From Planctomycetota bacterium (GTDB lineage: Bacteria; Planctomycetota; GCA-002687715; DRQF01), in the NCBI GenBank assembly GCA_024275615.1, contig JAJRYU010000465.1, forward strand, positions 1 through 44,028: a DNA stretch of 44,028 nt, given 5' to 3'. The translations under genes and the position numbers were made by a program. Positions within the stretch are counted from its first letter, which is position 1, and each line of letters starts with the position of its first letter. Below, piece after piece: positions 29,529 through 38,253 of the stretch. The notes under the pieces are model-generated. The model was not told where the DNA came from and searched no databases. It saw only the letters and a list, made by a program, of their open reading frames with translations.

Positions 29529-30127
29529 TCTATGCTCCTATCAAGTTCAATGGGGCGACGGCGTCTTGACCCATGTTCACAAACTCGCTTTACCGTACAT
29601 GGCCAATGAACGACGTCAGACCTAATGCCTATTCATGATGCGAAAACATGGGGCAGGGCTAGACCTTCGTAGTAGGGAGACAAGGGACGACCCAAGAAAC
29701 GCCGAGAGTTAACTAGGGATTCTTTTTCCGGTCACGATATTTGCCAAATTCTGAGAATCCCGGCACTGATCGGTCGCCAGCTCCAGCAATCGAGCCTGGT
29801 TCTGCCACCGGCCAGTTCGGTGCTCCGTAAGTTTGGACCGTGGCAAACTGGCCGTTGGCATTCGCAGTGATGGACACATTGGACAGCAATATCGAGAGGA
29901 ACTTGTTCACGGTAATAGACCGCTTCTATTTTCTCGGGCAAGAAACCTACGCCTGCTATTGAATGTTACTGTCAAGTAGCACATTTCAATCGGACGGCCT
30001 TGGTGATGATATCAAACCCCAGAAACGAGGCGGGATCGGGTGAACAGCGCCATCTGAGTCTGGCATGAATATTGCGGAGAACCTCCCGGGAAGCGCATTC
30101 TCTACTCAAGACCCTACGGAAAACACC

Positions 30128-31858
30128 ATGTCATTGCGGAACACGATTCTCTTGGTCTTTCTTACGCTCCCCGCTTTCGCGCACGCACAACAGGCGCCGC
30201 TCACAACTACAGTCTCGCTGCCAAGCGCTGTTCCCGGGCCACCTTTTCTGGCCTGCACCGACGCGGGTGATGTCGACAATGATGGCTTCGGCGACTACGC
30301 CGTTGCCGATCCATACGAATTTGTCAATGGGCTGCCATCCGGCGGAAGGGTTCGTCTCATATCCGGCGCAACCGGTGCCACTTTGTCGTTGTTGACTGGG
30401 GCTTTGACTGGCGAAGTCTACGGCACGGCGATTGAGTCCGGAGACTTCAACGGCGATGGTAGATTAGATATCTTTGTTGTTGTCTCTTCGGTGACTTCCT
30501 GGCGCATCGAAATCGTTGATACCGCGACAGGAGGAATTCTCGGCAATATCATTGCACCCACCTCTACGTCTCCACCAAATCGTGTAGTCAACAGCCTGGA
30601 CTTTCAAGACATCAACGGAGATGGCCAGGTCGAACTGTTGCTGGCTGCCCAAGACTTCAGTGGCACAACCCTCACTGGTTATGTCTATCTCTTCGCCGGA
30701 GGGACCGGTACACTCATATCAACCCTTGTTGACAACACAGTTTATGATTTTGCTCAAAACGCCAAGTTCCTCGACGATCTCAATGCCGATGGTGTCCCTG
30801 AGATCCTGGTTGTTGCTCAGCAAATCCCTGTGACCGGCGCGCCAACGGCAACAGTCCCTTCTGGCCGCTACGGCGTATACGACACCGTCACCATGACGAA
30901 CCTCTATCAGGCCACCGGTGTTGCATTCGATGAAGAGTTAGCAAAACTCTACGCTGTTGTTGACGATCAAGACAACGATGGCTTCCTTGACTTCATTGTC
31001 TCCAAACAAGTCGTCACGTCGGGAACGTCAGCTTCAGTAAACCAATTCTATACGACGATTTCGGGACTGACCGGCGCGACGATACAAGTCAATCAGGGAG
31101 CAACTCTCCGTCTACCTCGTGGTCCCATGCTTCTTTGCACGGATCTGGATGGTGACGGCATGAAAGATCTTTCGGTTCGGAGCCAGGTTGTTGCGACGCC
31201 GCAGTTCCAGACCATTGACATCTATTCCTCGGCAACATTGGTACATCTGGATTCCCTCAGACTTCCCGCCAATGCCGCGAACTACAGATTCAGCTATGCT
31301 GTGCTTCCAGACCCATCGGCAACTGGCTACGACGATTTCATCATCGATTCCTATGTGCAATTCTCAACGTCCTACCAGGCTGACCGTATTGCCGTGAGAC
31401 CAGTCCTGTCGCCTCTGGCGGCTGGAAATCATCCCTTGGGGGCCGAACTGCTCAAGGTCAATAACAGCTCTGGGATACCCGCGCGGCGTGTCGACATTGC
31501 TGTGAGTGCACCTTTCACTATCAAGTTCGAATCAGACTCCACGACCACCGGCCCAACAGATTTTCTTATCTTTGGCATGATTGGTGTGCCAGACGCGTCG
31601 ACAGTCTTTGTGTCTTCGATCGGCAGTTTCGTGTTTCCTCCACGGCCCGCCGCGCCGGGATTGCCCTGGCTATTCACGCTTGCAGATTCAGTCGCCTATG
31701 ACCCCGGTGCCCTCTTCACAGTGGGTCCAGCTCCCTACGGTCTTTCAGCTCCCTTGGGTATTGCTTTTCCTGTAACGTTTGTCCTGCAAGGAGTCTCGAT
31801 CACGGGCGGAGGAGCAAATTTGGCCATCTCAAACGCCATCTTGGTGGACATCAGGTAG
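30128..31858 (+). CDS. Secreted FG-GAP (integrin-alpha-like) beta-propeller protein with a shared C-terminal module
   Basis: The signal peptide is at ATG 30128 (MSLRNTILLVFLTLPAFAHAQ). The Ca-binding-type repeats are DVDNDGFGDYAV, GDFNGDGRLDIFV, QDINGDGQVELLL, DDLNADGVPEILV, DDQDNDGFLDFIV and TDLDGDGMKDLSV. The C-terminal 148 aa (31412-31855) are homologous by eye to 39652-40125. Confidence 0.8.
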   Translation: MSLRNTILLVFLTLPAFAHAQQAPLTTTVSLPSAVPGPPFLACTDAGDVDNDGFGDYAVADPYEFVNGLPSGGRVRLISGATGATLSLLTGALTGEVYGTAIESGDFNGDGRLDIFVVVSSVTSWRIEIVDTATGGILGNIIAPTSTSPPNRVVNSLDFQDINGDGQVELLLAAQDFSGTTLTGYVYLFAGGTGTLISTLVDNTVYDFAQNAKFLDDLNADGVPEILVVAQQIPVTGAPTATVPSGRYGVYDTVTMTNLYQATGVAFDEELAKLYAVVDDQDNDGFLDFIVSKQVVTSGTSASVNQFYTTISGLTGATIQVNQGATLRLPRGPMLLCTDLDGDGMKDLSVRSQVVATPQFQTIDIYSSATLVHLDSLRLPANAANYRFSYAVLPDPSATGYDDFIIDSYVQFSTSYQADRIAVRPVLSPLAAGNHPLGAELLKVNNSSGIPARRVDIAVSAPFTIKFESDSTTTGPTDFLIFGMIGVPDASTVFVSSIGSFVFPPRPAAPGLPWLFTLADSVAYDPGALFTVGPAPYGLSAPLGIAFPVTFVLQGVSITGGGANLAISNAILVDIR

Positions 31859-31900
31859 CACGACTTCCGATTCCTGTTTTCATGTGGCCGCTTAAGATTA

Positions 31901-31970
31901 GCATGGCCGTGGCAATATTATTGGGGCCACCCGACGATAGGTTGGCGTCTATAATATTGCCACAACATGC
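31901..31970. repeat. Long inverted repeat (5 + 13 bp stem) in the leader/promoter region of the helicase gene
   Basis: gtggcaatattat (31909-31921) is the perfect reverse complement of ataatattgccac (31951-31963). The flanking gcatg (31901-31905) pairs with catgc (31966-31970). The spacer is 29 nt. The right arm contains TATAAT (31950-31955). Confidence 0.7.
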
Positions 31971-31987
31971 GAAAACAAGGAATGTAG

Positions 31988-33940
31988 ATGAGTGACACGA
32001 GCGAAGTTGCTAGAGAAATCCTGAAGGACAGATTCGGATTCGACCAATTCAAACCCGGGCAAGAAGACGTCATTGGACATCTTCTGTCCGGTCACTCTGC
32101 AGCTGCGGTGTTCCCCACCGGCGGCGGCAAGTCGCTGTGCTACCAACTTCCGGCCTTGGCGCTACCAGGCCTCACCGTTGTTGTTTCGCCCCTTATTGCT
32201 CTGATGAAGGACCAAGTGGATGCTTTGGGAGCCCTGGGGATTGGCGCCGTACGATTGGACTCTTCGCTGGACAAGGATGCTTACCGCGACGCCATGGAAG
32301 GGATCCGGCGTGGACGCATCTCTCTCGTCTATGTTGCGCCGGAACGATTCAACAATGAGCGCTTTCGCGAATTCATTCAGGCCCAGAAGATCGCGCTCTT
32401 TGCCGTGGACGAAGCACATTGCATTTCCGAGTGGGGGCACAATTTTCGTCCGGACTATCTCAAACTTGCCCAGTTCGCCAAAACGGCAGGTGCTGAGCGC
32501 GTATTCGCCCTGACAGCGACTGCGACCCCGGATGTCTTGGACGAGATGTGCCGACTCTTTGCAATCGACCCAGAGTGCGCAGTCCGAACCGGCTTCTATC
32601 GAGCGAATCTCTCTCTGCACGTCCGAGCCACTCATCCATCAAGTCGTGATGTTGCTCTCTTGGACGAATTGAATTCTCACCCTCCGGGGCCGACGATCAT
32701 CTATGTGACCGTGCAAAAATCGGCGGAACGTGTCGCCGAATTCCTGCGTCAATCTGGGCGCGACGCCAAAGCCTATCATGCGGGAATGAGCGCCGAAGAG
32801 CGAGCGGCCACCCAGGAGTGGTTCTTTCCCTGTCAAGCTGGCATCGTCGTGGCCACCATTGCTTTCGGAATGGGCATCGACAAATCGGACATTCGCTATG
32901 TTCATCACTACAATTTAGCCAAGAGTTTTGAAGGACTCTCACAGGAAATTGGGCGGGCTGGACGAGATGGGAAACCGTCACGATGCGTGACGTTCTACTG
33001 CCCAGAAGATCTGGTGACATTGGAGAATTTTGTCTTAGGTGATACACCCACTCTAGCTGCCGTGAGGAGTTTTCTTGACGATATTTTCTCTCAGGGAGAT
33101 CAATTGGAACTTGCGCTTCACAGTTTGTCTGCGGCCCACGACATTCGCATCCTCGTTCTTCGCACGCTCTTGGTCTATCTCGAATTGGAGGGGTTGATTG
33201 AAGGCGGCACGCCAATTTACACGTCCTACCGCTTCATTCCTCAGGTTTCTTCAACCGAAATCCTCAGCGCCTATGAGAACGATAGACGCCCGTTTCTGAG
33301 CGAGCTCTTTAAGTTGTCCAAAAAAGGGCGGACGTGGTTCACCCTTGATGCTGCCAACGCAGCAAGCGCGCTTGGTGTCGATCGCCTTGCCGTTGTGAGG
33401 GCCTTAGATGAACTGGCGGAAAGAGGTTTCTTCGAATTAGAAGCTAAATCCGTCAAACATCGTTTTACCGTCTTGAGACGTCCACAAGATCAAGGCGCGC
33501 TAGGGCAAGCGCTTTTCAGCAGGCTTTGTCAGCGAGAGGAAAGGGACATTCAACGTCTCGAGGACGTCGTTCAGTTGCTTCAATCAGACCAGTGTATTGT
33601 GAACGCACTGGCGGAGTACTTCGGAGAGAGACGCACACAGCCTTGTGGGCATTGCAGTGTTTGTTTGCAAGAAGACCGAGGACAATTCCGCTTCTGCGAC
33701 GTCGATCCTGATTTCGAATGGCCGGATTTTCGGGCCATCGCTCTCATAGCCCCCCAAGTCCTGGCAACCCCCCGTTCATTGGCGCGTTTCCTCTGTGGCA
33801 TCAACTCTCCGGCAATCTCCAAGGCGCGGCTTAAGAAGAATGACAGCTTCGGTTTGCTTGCAGCTTTGCCCTTCGATCAAGTACTGGCTCAAGTTGGCAA
33901 GGCAAAAGGCGGGTTAGACGATGTCAAAATCGCCAAGTGA
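31988..33940 (+). CDS. recQ: RecQ-family ATP-dependent DNA helicase
   Basis: The RBS is AAGGAatgtagATG. Helicase motifs are FKPGQEDVI, PTGGGKSLCYQLPA, VVSPLIALMKDQV, DEAHCISEWGHNFRPDY, ALTATAT, YHAGMS, ATIAFGMGIDKSDIRYVHHYN and QEIGRAGRDG. A CGHCSVC cluster lies near the C-terminus. I recognise no obvious HRDC domain. Confidence 0.85.
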   Translation: MSDTSEVAREILKDRFGFDQFKPGQEDVIGHLLSGHSAAAVFPTGGGKSLCYQLPALALPGLTVVVSPLIALMKDQVDALGALGIGAVRLDSSLDKDAYRDAMEGIRRGRISLVYVAPERFNNERFREFIQAQKIALFAVDEAHCISEWGHNFRPDYLKLAQFAKTAGAERVFALTATATPDVLDEMCRLFAIDPECAVRTGFYRANLSLHVRATHPSSRDVALLDELNSHPPGPTIIYVTVQKSAERVAEFLRQSGRDAKAYHAGMSAEERAATQEWFFPCQAGIVVATIAFGMGIDKSDIRYVHHYNLAKSFEGLSQEIGRAGRDGKPSRCVTFYCPEDLVTLENFVLGDTPTLAAVRSFLDDIFSQGDQLELALHSLSAAHDIRILVLRTLLVYLELEGLIEGGTPIYTSYRFIPQVSSTEILSAYENDRRPFLSELFKLSKKGRTWFTLDAANAASALGVDRLAVVRALDELAERGFFELEAKSVKHRFTVLRRPQDQGALGQALFSRLCQREERDIQRLEDVVQLLQSDQCIVNALAEYFGERRTQPCGHCSVCLQEDRGQFRFCDVDPDFEWPDFRAIALIAPQVLATPRSLARFLCGINSPAISKARLKKNDSFGLLAALPFDQVLAQVGKAKGGLDDVKIAK

Positions 33941-35008
33941 GAAGTACCACTCGTTCATCAGATCGCGCTCGGTGGCAAACTCCGGGGCATAGGTATGAGA
34001 TACGAGCCGAAATTGAGTCTTTTCCAAGTCGTAACCGAGATCTTCAAACACGCGGGATTCCGGAACATTGTGATTGAGGAAACACTTGACGCTGGTCATG
34101 CCACTGCGCCTAGCTGCCTCCTCGCAAACTTTGATGAGCGCCTCAGACGCTCCCGTCCTGTCCATGTCAACCAGCCAATCAGCAATGACAAAATGTGGTT
34201 GGTCGAGCCACCCCGCACGGCAGACAGCCGATGCCACCAAGACACCATCTTCTGGATCCCGTAACTCAAAGGTCAAATAGTCAAAATGGGGATTCTTGCG
34301 GTAGCGCCAGTCCCAAAACTCTCGATTGCGCCAAGTAATGATGCGATGTTTGTCCTTGACCCGACTCCAAAGATCGTCATGGTCGGAAGCAAAATCTGTG
34401 GTCATCGACACTTGGTAGGTCGTCCCCAGTCCTTTTACTTCTGTTGAGAGATCTGTTTGAACGTCCTGTGGGTTGACGGCCTTGTTGTGAACATAGGCCT
34501 TGGTCATGGGCACGTAGTAGCACGTCTGAGACCCAAGACGGTAGGCCAGAGGATTGGGGAGCCCCATTTGAAAGCACTCATCTTCCAAATGCCCATGCGC
34601 GTACGAATGATTGAGAAGAGTGAGTGCAAAAAGCCCCTTCTTCTTCAGGCCGCTCCTGCATTTGGGGTGAACCATGGAGTCAACGATCTGTGAAAACAGC
34701 ACATCACGATCAAAAACTTTGGCCTTGGTCAGAAGACCAGTGTATTGACTCACAACTGTTCCATCCGCCAACTTGCCCAAGTAGATGTGCATGCCATTCG
34801 GATTATCACGGAATTCCCAGTTCCATTGATCACGTGTCCGCTCAACCTTGAAGACCGTCCTAAAGAGCTCAAGAATGCTCTCCTCGTCTCCAGGTTGATA
34901 GGGTCCGATCTTGACTGGACCAAGACGAGTGTCCAGCTCACTCAGGGGTTTTTCGGTCTTGACGATGAACTTGACTGCTGAGCGTCTTGTGCCTTTTGCA
35001 TCGGTCAT
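33914..35008 (-). CDS. GNAT-like (two-lobe) acetyltransferase-family protein
   Basis: The N-terminal lobe reads YQPGDEESILELFRTVF..W.WEFRDNPNG. The C-terminal lobe has an acetyl-CoA-like region (EALIKVCEEAARRSGMTSVKCFLN). Its 3' end overlaps the helicase 3' end by 27 nt. Confidence 0.55.
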   Translation of the reverse strand: MTDAKGTRRSAVKFIVKTEKPLSELDTRLGPVKIGPYQPGDEESILELFRTVFKVERTRDQWNWEFRDNPNGMHIYLGKLADGTVVSQYTGLLTKAKVFDRDVLFSQIVDSMVHPKCRSGLKKKGLFALTLLNHSYAHGHLEDECFQMGLPNPLAYRLGSQTCYYVPMTKAYVHNKAVNPQDVQTDLSTEVKGLGTTYQVSMTTDFASDHDDLWSRVKDKHRIITWRNREFWDWRYRKNPHFDYLTFELRDPEDGVLVASAVCRAGWLDQPHFVIADWLVDMDRTGASEALIKVCEEAARRSGMTSVKCFLNHNVPESRVFEDLGYDLEKTQFRLVSHTYAPEFATERDLMNEWYFSLGDFDIV

Positions 35009-35082
35009 TGTGATCTACCTCAACATGGGAGTTTCTATGGCCACTATCGGAGCAAGAGTCGCATAGCACAACGCATAAAGTC

Positions 35083-37719
35083 TCAATGATGTTGAGTTTC
35101 TCTGTTGCCTTCGCTCAAGGCACGACCGGAACCCGCCACACAACGTGCGTGAAATATCGCATTCAAATATAGGCGCTCGGTTCCCCGCCAATAGGCGCGA
35201 AAATTCATGTCGTCGGCGAAACGAACGACCACACCCGCCCCAACCCGGTCAACACTTGCCGCAGGAGTTTCGGCCAGAGATTTCTGGGCGGTTGCGCTGG
35301 CAAATCCACTCAAGAGCGGATCTTTGAGATAGCGCATTGGATTACTAGTCGACCCCTTTGAAGCCAGCATAGGTGTTGTCCCCTTGCGCCACAGCGCAAC
35401 TTTGCTGTCAGCAAAACCCCAACCAAGGGGATGAGTGATATCGAGACTAGCCTTGAAGATCGCGCCGCCGATTCGCCTTTTTGCCGAATTCTTGTTGCGG
35501 TCGGCGTAGGTCCCCAGGACCTTGGCAGCCACCTTCTTCTTCTCCTTGGTCTTGGATTTCGCTGCCTTCAAGCCCAAGATATCTGTCCCAGCCCAACGGG
35601 CAGCGCTCCTTTGTGTGATCAAAATACCGCCACGCGAAAGCCAGCGCTTGAGATCGTCCTTTTTCTTGCCAAGGGCGCTTTCAGAGCCCGACACCCCCAA
35701 GATGTGGGTATAGTTGGCTAAGTTAAGGCGTTCAAGTTGCCGCCCTTCAATGAGGGAAGTTCTGACTCCAAGCCTAGCATCAAGAAGATGCCAGACCTCG
35801 CCCGCCTCGTAGGAGGAAACCCTATCCCCCACCACGATGAGAGCTTTCACCGGACGCAAGGACCCAACCGTGGGGCTACCCAACTCAACACCTTTTTTTG
35901 TCATGCCACTCTTGATGGCGAAGACCTGAGTGCCAAGTGTTCGAGCTTCCTGGTCAACAATCTTGCTGACCTCCGCAAAGGGGAGTGTTTGGACGCCTCG
36001 GGGAATCACGATACTGCCGCGGTCAAACTTGCGTGTGAGTGCATCACCACACAGTTGTGCGGCAAGAGGTGAACCAAGAGCTAGGGCTTCAACTCCTTGG
36101 TCCAAAAGTCGATTCAAGAGTTTGGCCGCTTCGAATGAACTCCAGTGAAACATGAAGGCGTAGGGTTGAGGTGCGCCTTGAGCCACGGCGTTTGTGACAC
36201 CACCTTCATTTTGATTCATCTTCAATGTCGACATGTCGAGAGATTTGATTTCCCGGGCATCGAGACCAACATAGTCCAAGTCGAAAGCAGCGAACATGTT
36301 CCAAGCGGACACGTCGTAGAATACCGGATCAAGAAATTCAGTGCGAATCTCAAAGAGTGACTTCAACAGGCGATACTGAGGTTGACGGCCAACGACGACA
36401 AAGGCTTCATTTGCCTTAAACTTCAGCTTTCCTTTGGCGAAGTCTGCCCTCAAGGATTTGACTTCAATGTGATGGCGACCCAAGAGCTCAACCAACTTGC
36501 TCGCTCGGCTGGGTGATTCAGGTGAAGAAAAAACCCAAGCCTTGGTGTCGTCAGCAGCAGCAGCATCGAGTGCGGACTTGCAGAACTCCCGCTGGTATTC
36601 CAGAAGATCCAAACGCATGTTCAGAGCTGCTTCATGGCTAGAAAGTGAAGTCTTCAGTTGATTGCGAATAGTGAATGGGAACGTGAGCTTGCCGAAACGA
36701 TTCATTTGTGCATGACCACGAGAACTAGCTTGCTCAAACAAGATGCCTACCGAGCCATGCACATCCGGATAGGTCGAGCCTTTACCAAAATAGAAGTCGT
36801 CGTAAGACTCGCGCGTGTAATAGAGCGAGCCAATTTCATCAAGAGCCTGCGCATGAAACTGGGCCACTCGTGCGGTGAGGTCATAGTTCTTGGCAGGAAT
36901 GAGCGGGTTGTGTCGACTGCGCACACCGGGCTGAAAAAAGTAGCTGGAGTTAGTGCCCATCTCGTGAAAGTCCGTGACGATATTAGGCCGCCAGGCATGA
37001 AAGACCCGAAGGCGGGCTTGGCTTTCTGGGTTTTGACCGAGGAGCCAATCTCGGTTGAGGTCAAACCAATAGTGATTGCTACGACCGCTAGGCCAGGGCT
37101 GACGATGCTCCCGATGATTCGGATCTGCGATCGCCCGCTTGCCATGGTGCATGTTGGCCCAATGGGCAAAACGACCCAGGCCATCAGGATTCAAGCAAGG
37201 GTCCAAGAGCACAATTGAGTCTCTTAGCAGCGCTTCGATCCGAGCGCCTTGGGCTGCGGCGAGGTGATAGGCATAGAGCAAGGATGCGTTGGCGCCGCTG
37301 GGTTCATCGCCATGCACGCTGTAACCGATCCACAAGACAACGGGCATAGACTCCATGGCTGGAGGTTGTCGGTTCGGGTCCCGCAACTGCTCTCTTTGTT
37401 CGCGTATTTCTGGCAGGCGTGCCAAGTTCTCCTTTGCACTGATCGTCAAGATTACCTGGGGGCGGCCTTCATGGGTCCGGCCATAGATCTGGAATTGACA
37501 GCGGTCCGAGGCTCGGGCAAGTGCTTGAAGGTACGTCACTATTTGGTCAGGTCGCACGTGCCAATCACCAACTTCATAACCAAGTACACTCTTGGGTGTC
37601 GGTATGTTCACGTCGTAGGTGACATCTTGGGGCAGATAGTAGTCCAAGCCAGATTGTGCCGGTGTCCTCAGTGCCCATAGGTTGACTAGGAGAAACAAGA
37701 CAGCGAGATTCTTCATCAT
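35083..37719 (-). CDS. Secreted M14-family zinc carboxypeptidase-like protein (large, multi-domain)
   Basis: The RBS is GAGGAtcgaaATGATG at 37719, followed by a signal peptide (MMKNLAVLFLLVNLWALRTPAQS). Zinc motifs are YSVHGDEPSG and FHEMG. I treat the 131-codon open extension to 38112 as non-coding. Confidence 0.85.
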   Translation of the reverse strand: MMKNLAVLFLLVNLWALRTPAQSGLDYYLPQDVTYDVNIPTPKSVLGYEVGDWHVRPDQIVTYLQALARASDRCQFQIYGRTHEGRPQVILTISAKENLARLPEIREQREQLRDPNRQPPAMESMPVVLWIGYSVHGDEPSGANASLLYAYHLAAAQGARIEALLRDSIVLLDPCLNPDGLGRFAHWANMHHGKRAIADPNHREHRQPWPSGRSNHYWFDLNRDWLLGQNPESQARLRVFHAWRPNIVTDFHEMGTNSSYFFQPGVRSRHNPLIPAKNYDLTARVAQFHAQALDEIGSLYYTRESYDDFYFGKGSTYPDVHGSVGILFEQASSRGHAQMNRFGKLTFPFTIRNQLKTSLSSHEAALNMRLDLLEYQREFCKSALDAAAADDTKAWVFSSPESPSRASKLVELLGRHHIEVKSLRADFAKGKLKFKANEAFVVVGRQPQYRLLKSLFEIRTEFLDPVFYDVSAWNMFAAFDLDYVGLDAREIKSLDMSTLKMNQNEGGVTNAVAQGAPQPYAFMFHWSSFEAAKLLNRLLDQGVEALALGSPLAAQLCGDALTRKFDRGSIVIPRGVQTLPFAEVSKIVDQEARTLGTQVFAIKSGMTKKGVELGSPTVGSLRPVKALIVVGDRVSSYEAGEVWHLLDARLGVRTSLIEGRQLERLNLANYTHILGVSGSESALGKKKDDLKRWLSRGGILITQRSAARWAGTDILGLKAAKSKTKEKKKVAAKVLGTYADRNKNSAKRRIGGAIFKASLDITHPLGWGFADSKVALWRKGTTPMLASKGSTSNPMRYLKDPLLSGFASATAQKSLAETPAASVDRVGAGVVVRFADDMNFRAYWRGTERLYLNAIFHARCVAGSGRALSEGNRETQHH

Positions 37720-38253
37720 TTCGATCCTCAAGCAAGTAGAGTCCAAAAGTCTACTCTGAGGAAGAGTTGTTGGCGATATGGGAGGCAGCGATAGAAGGAG
37801 TTTCTGAAGAAACAGGAGAGAAAAATCGGCCACGCGGTTTTGATCTCGGGATCCCGTGCCTGGGTATCCCTCTTGATGTGCGTACCAAGAACAAGAAAGA
37901 TGAAGAGTTGAAACACACATTTCAACTCCAAGAGACCAGCGCCGCGTGACGTGCTCTGCTAATCGCAAGTGCTGTGCCAAGACCCGGAAATGGGTCATTT
38001 CCTCTTGGAAGCGCCCATTCAAGCTGATTTCAGGCAATAAATTCCACCGAAACCAAGCATGGACGTCACCAAGTCGTAACAACGTCACAATTCGGCAACG
38101 CCCAATCAGCAAATTGAATACTCTATTCGCGCCACCGGTCGATCACAGCAATAGGGGCAGTCGATCGCAGCAGTACGCGTCCAAGCAAGCGACCCGTCAA
38201 GGTCATGAACTTAGTCAACCCTCGTTCTCACGGCGCAGAAATAGGAGGCTCCC

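Noticed and set aside
37720-38112. A 131-codon open extension lies upstream of the M14 peptidase start.
   Set aside because: The extension is rich in R, L, C, W and H and is unlike protein. The ATG at 37719 has a good RBS and is followed by a textbook signal peptide. I treat the region as non-coding, although its openness is statistically a little surprising.
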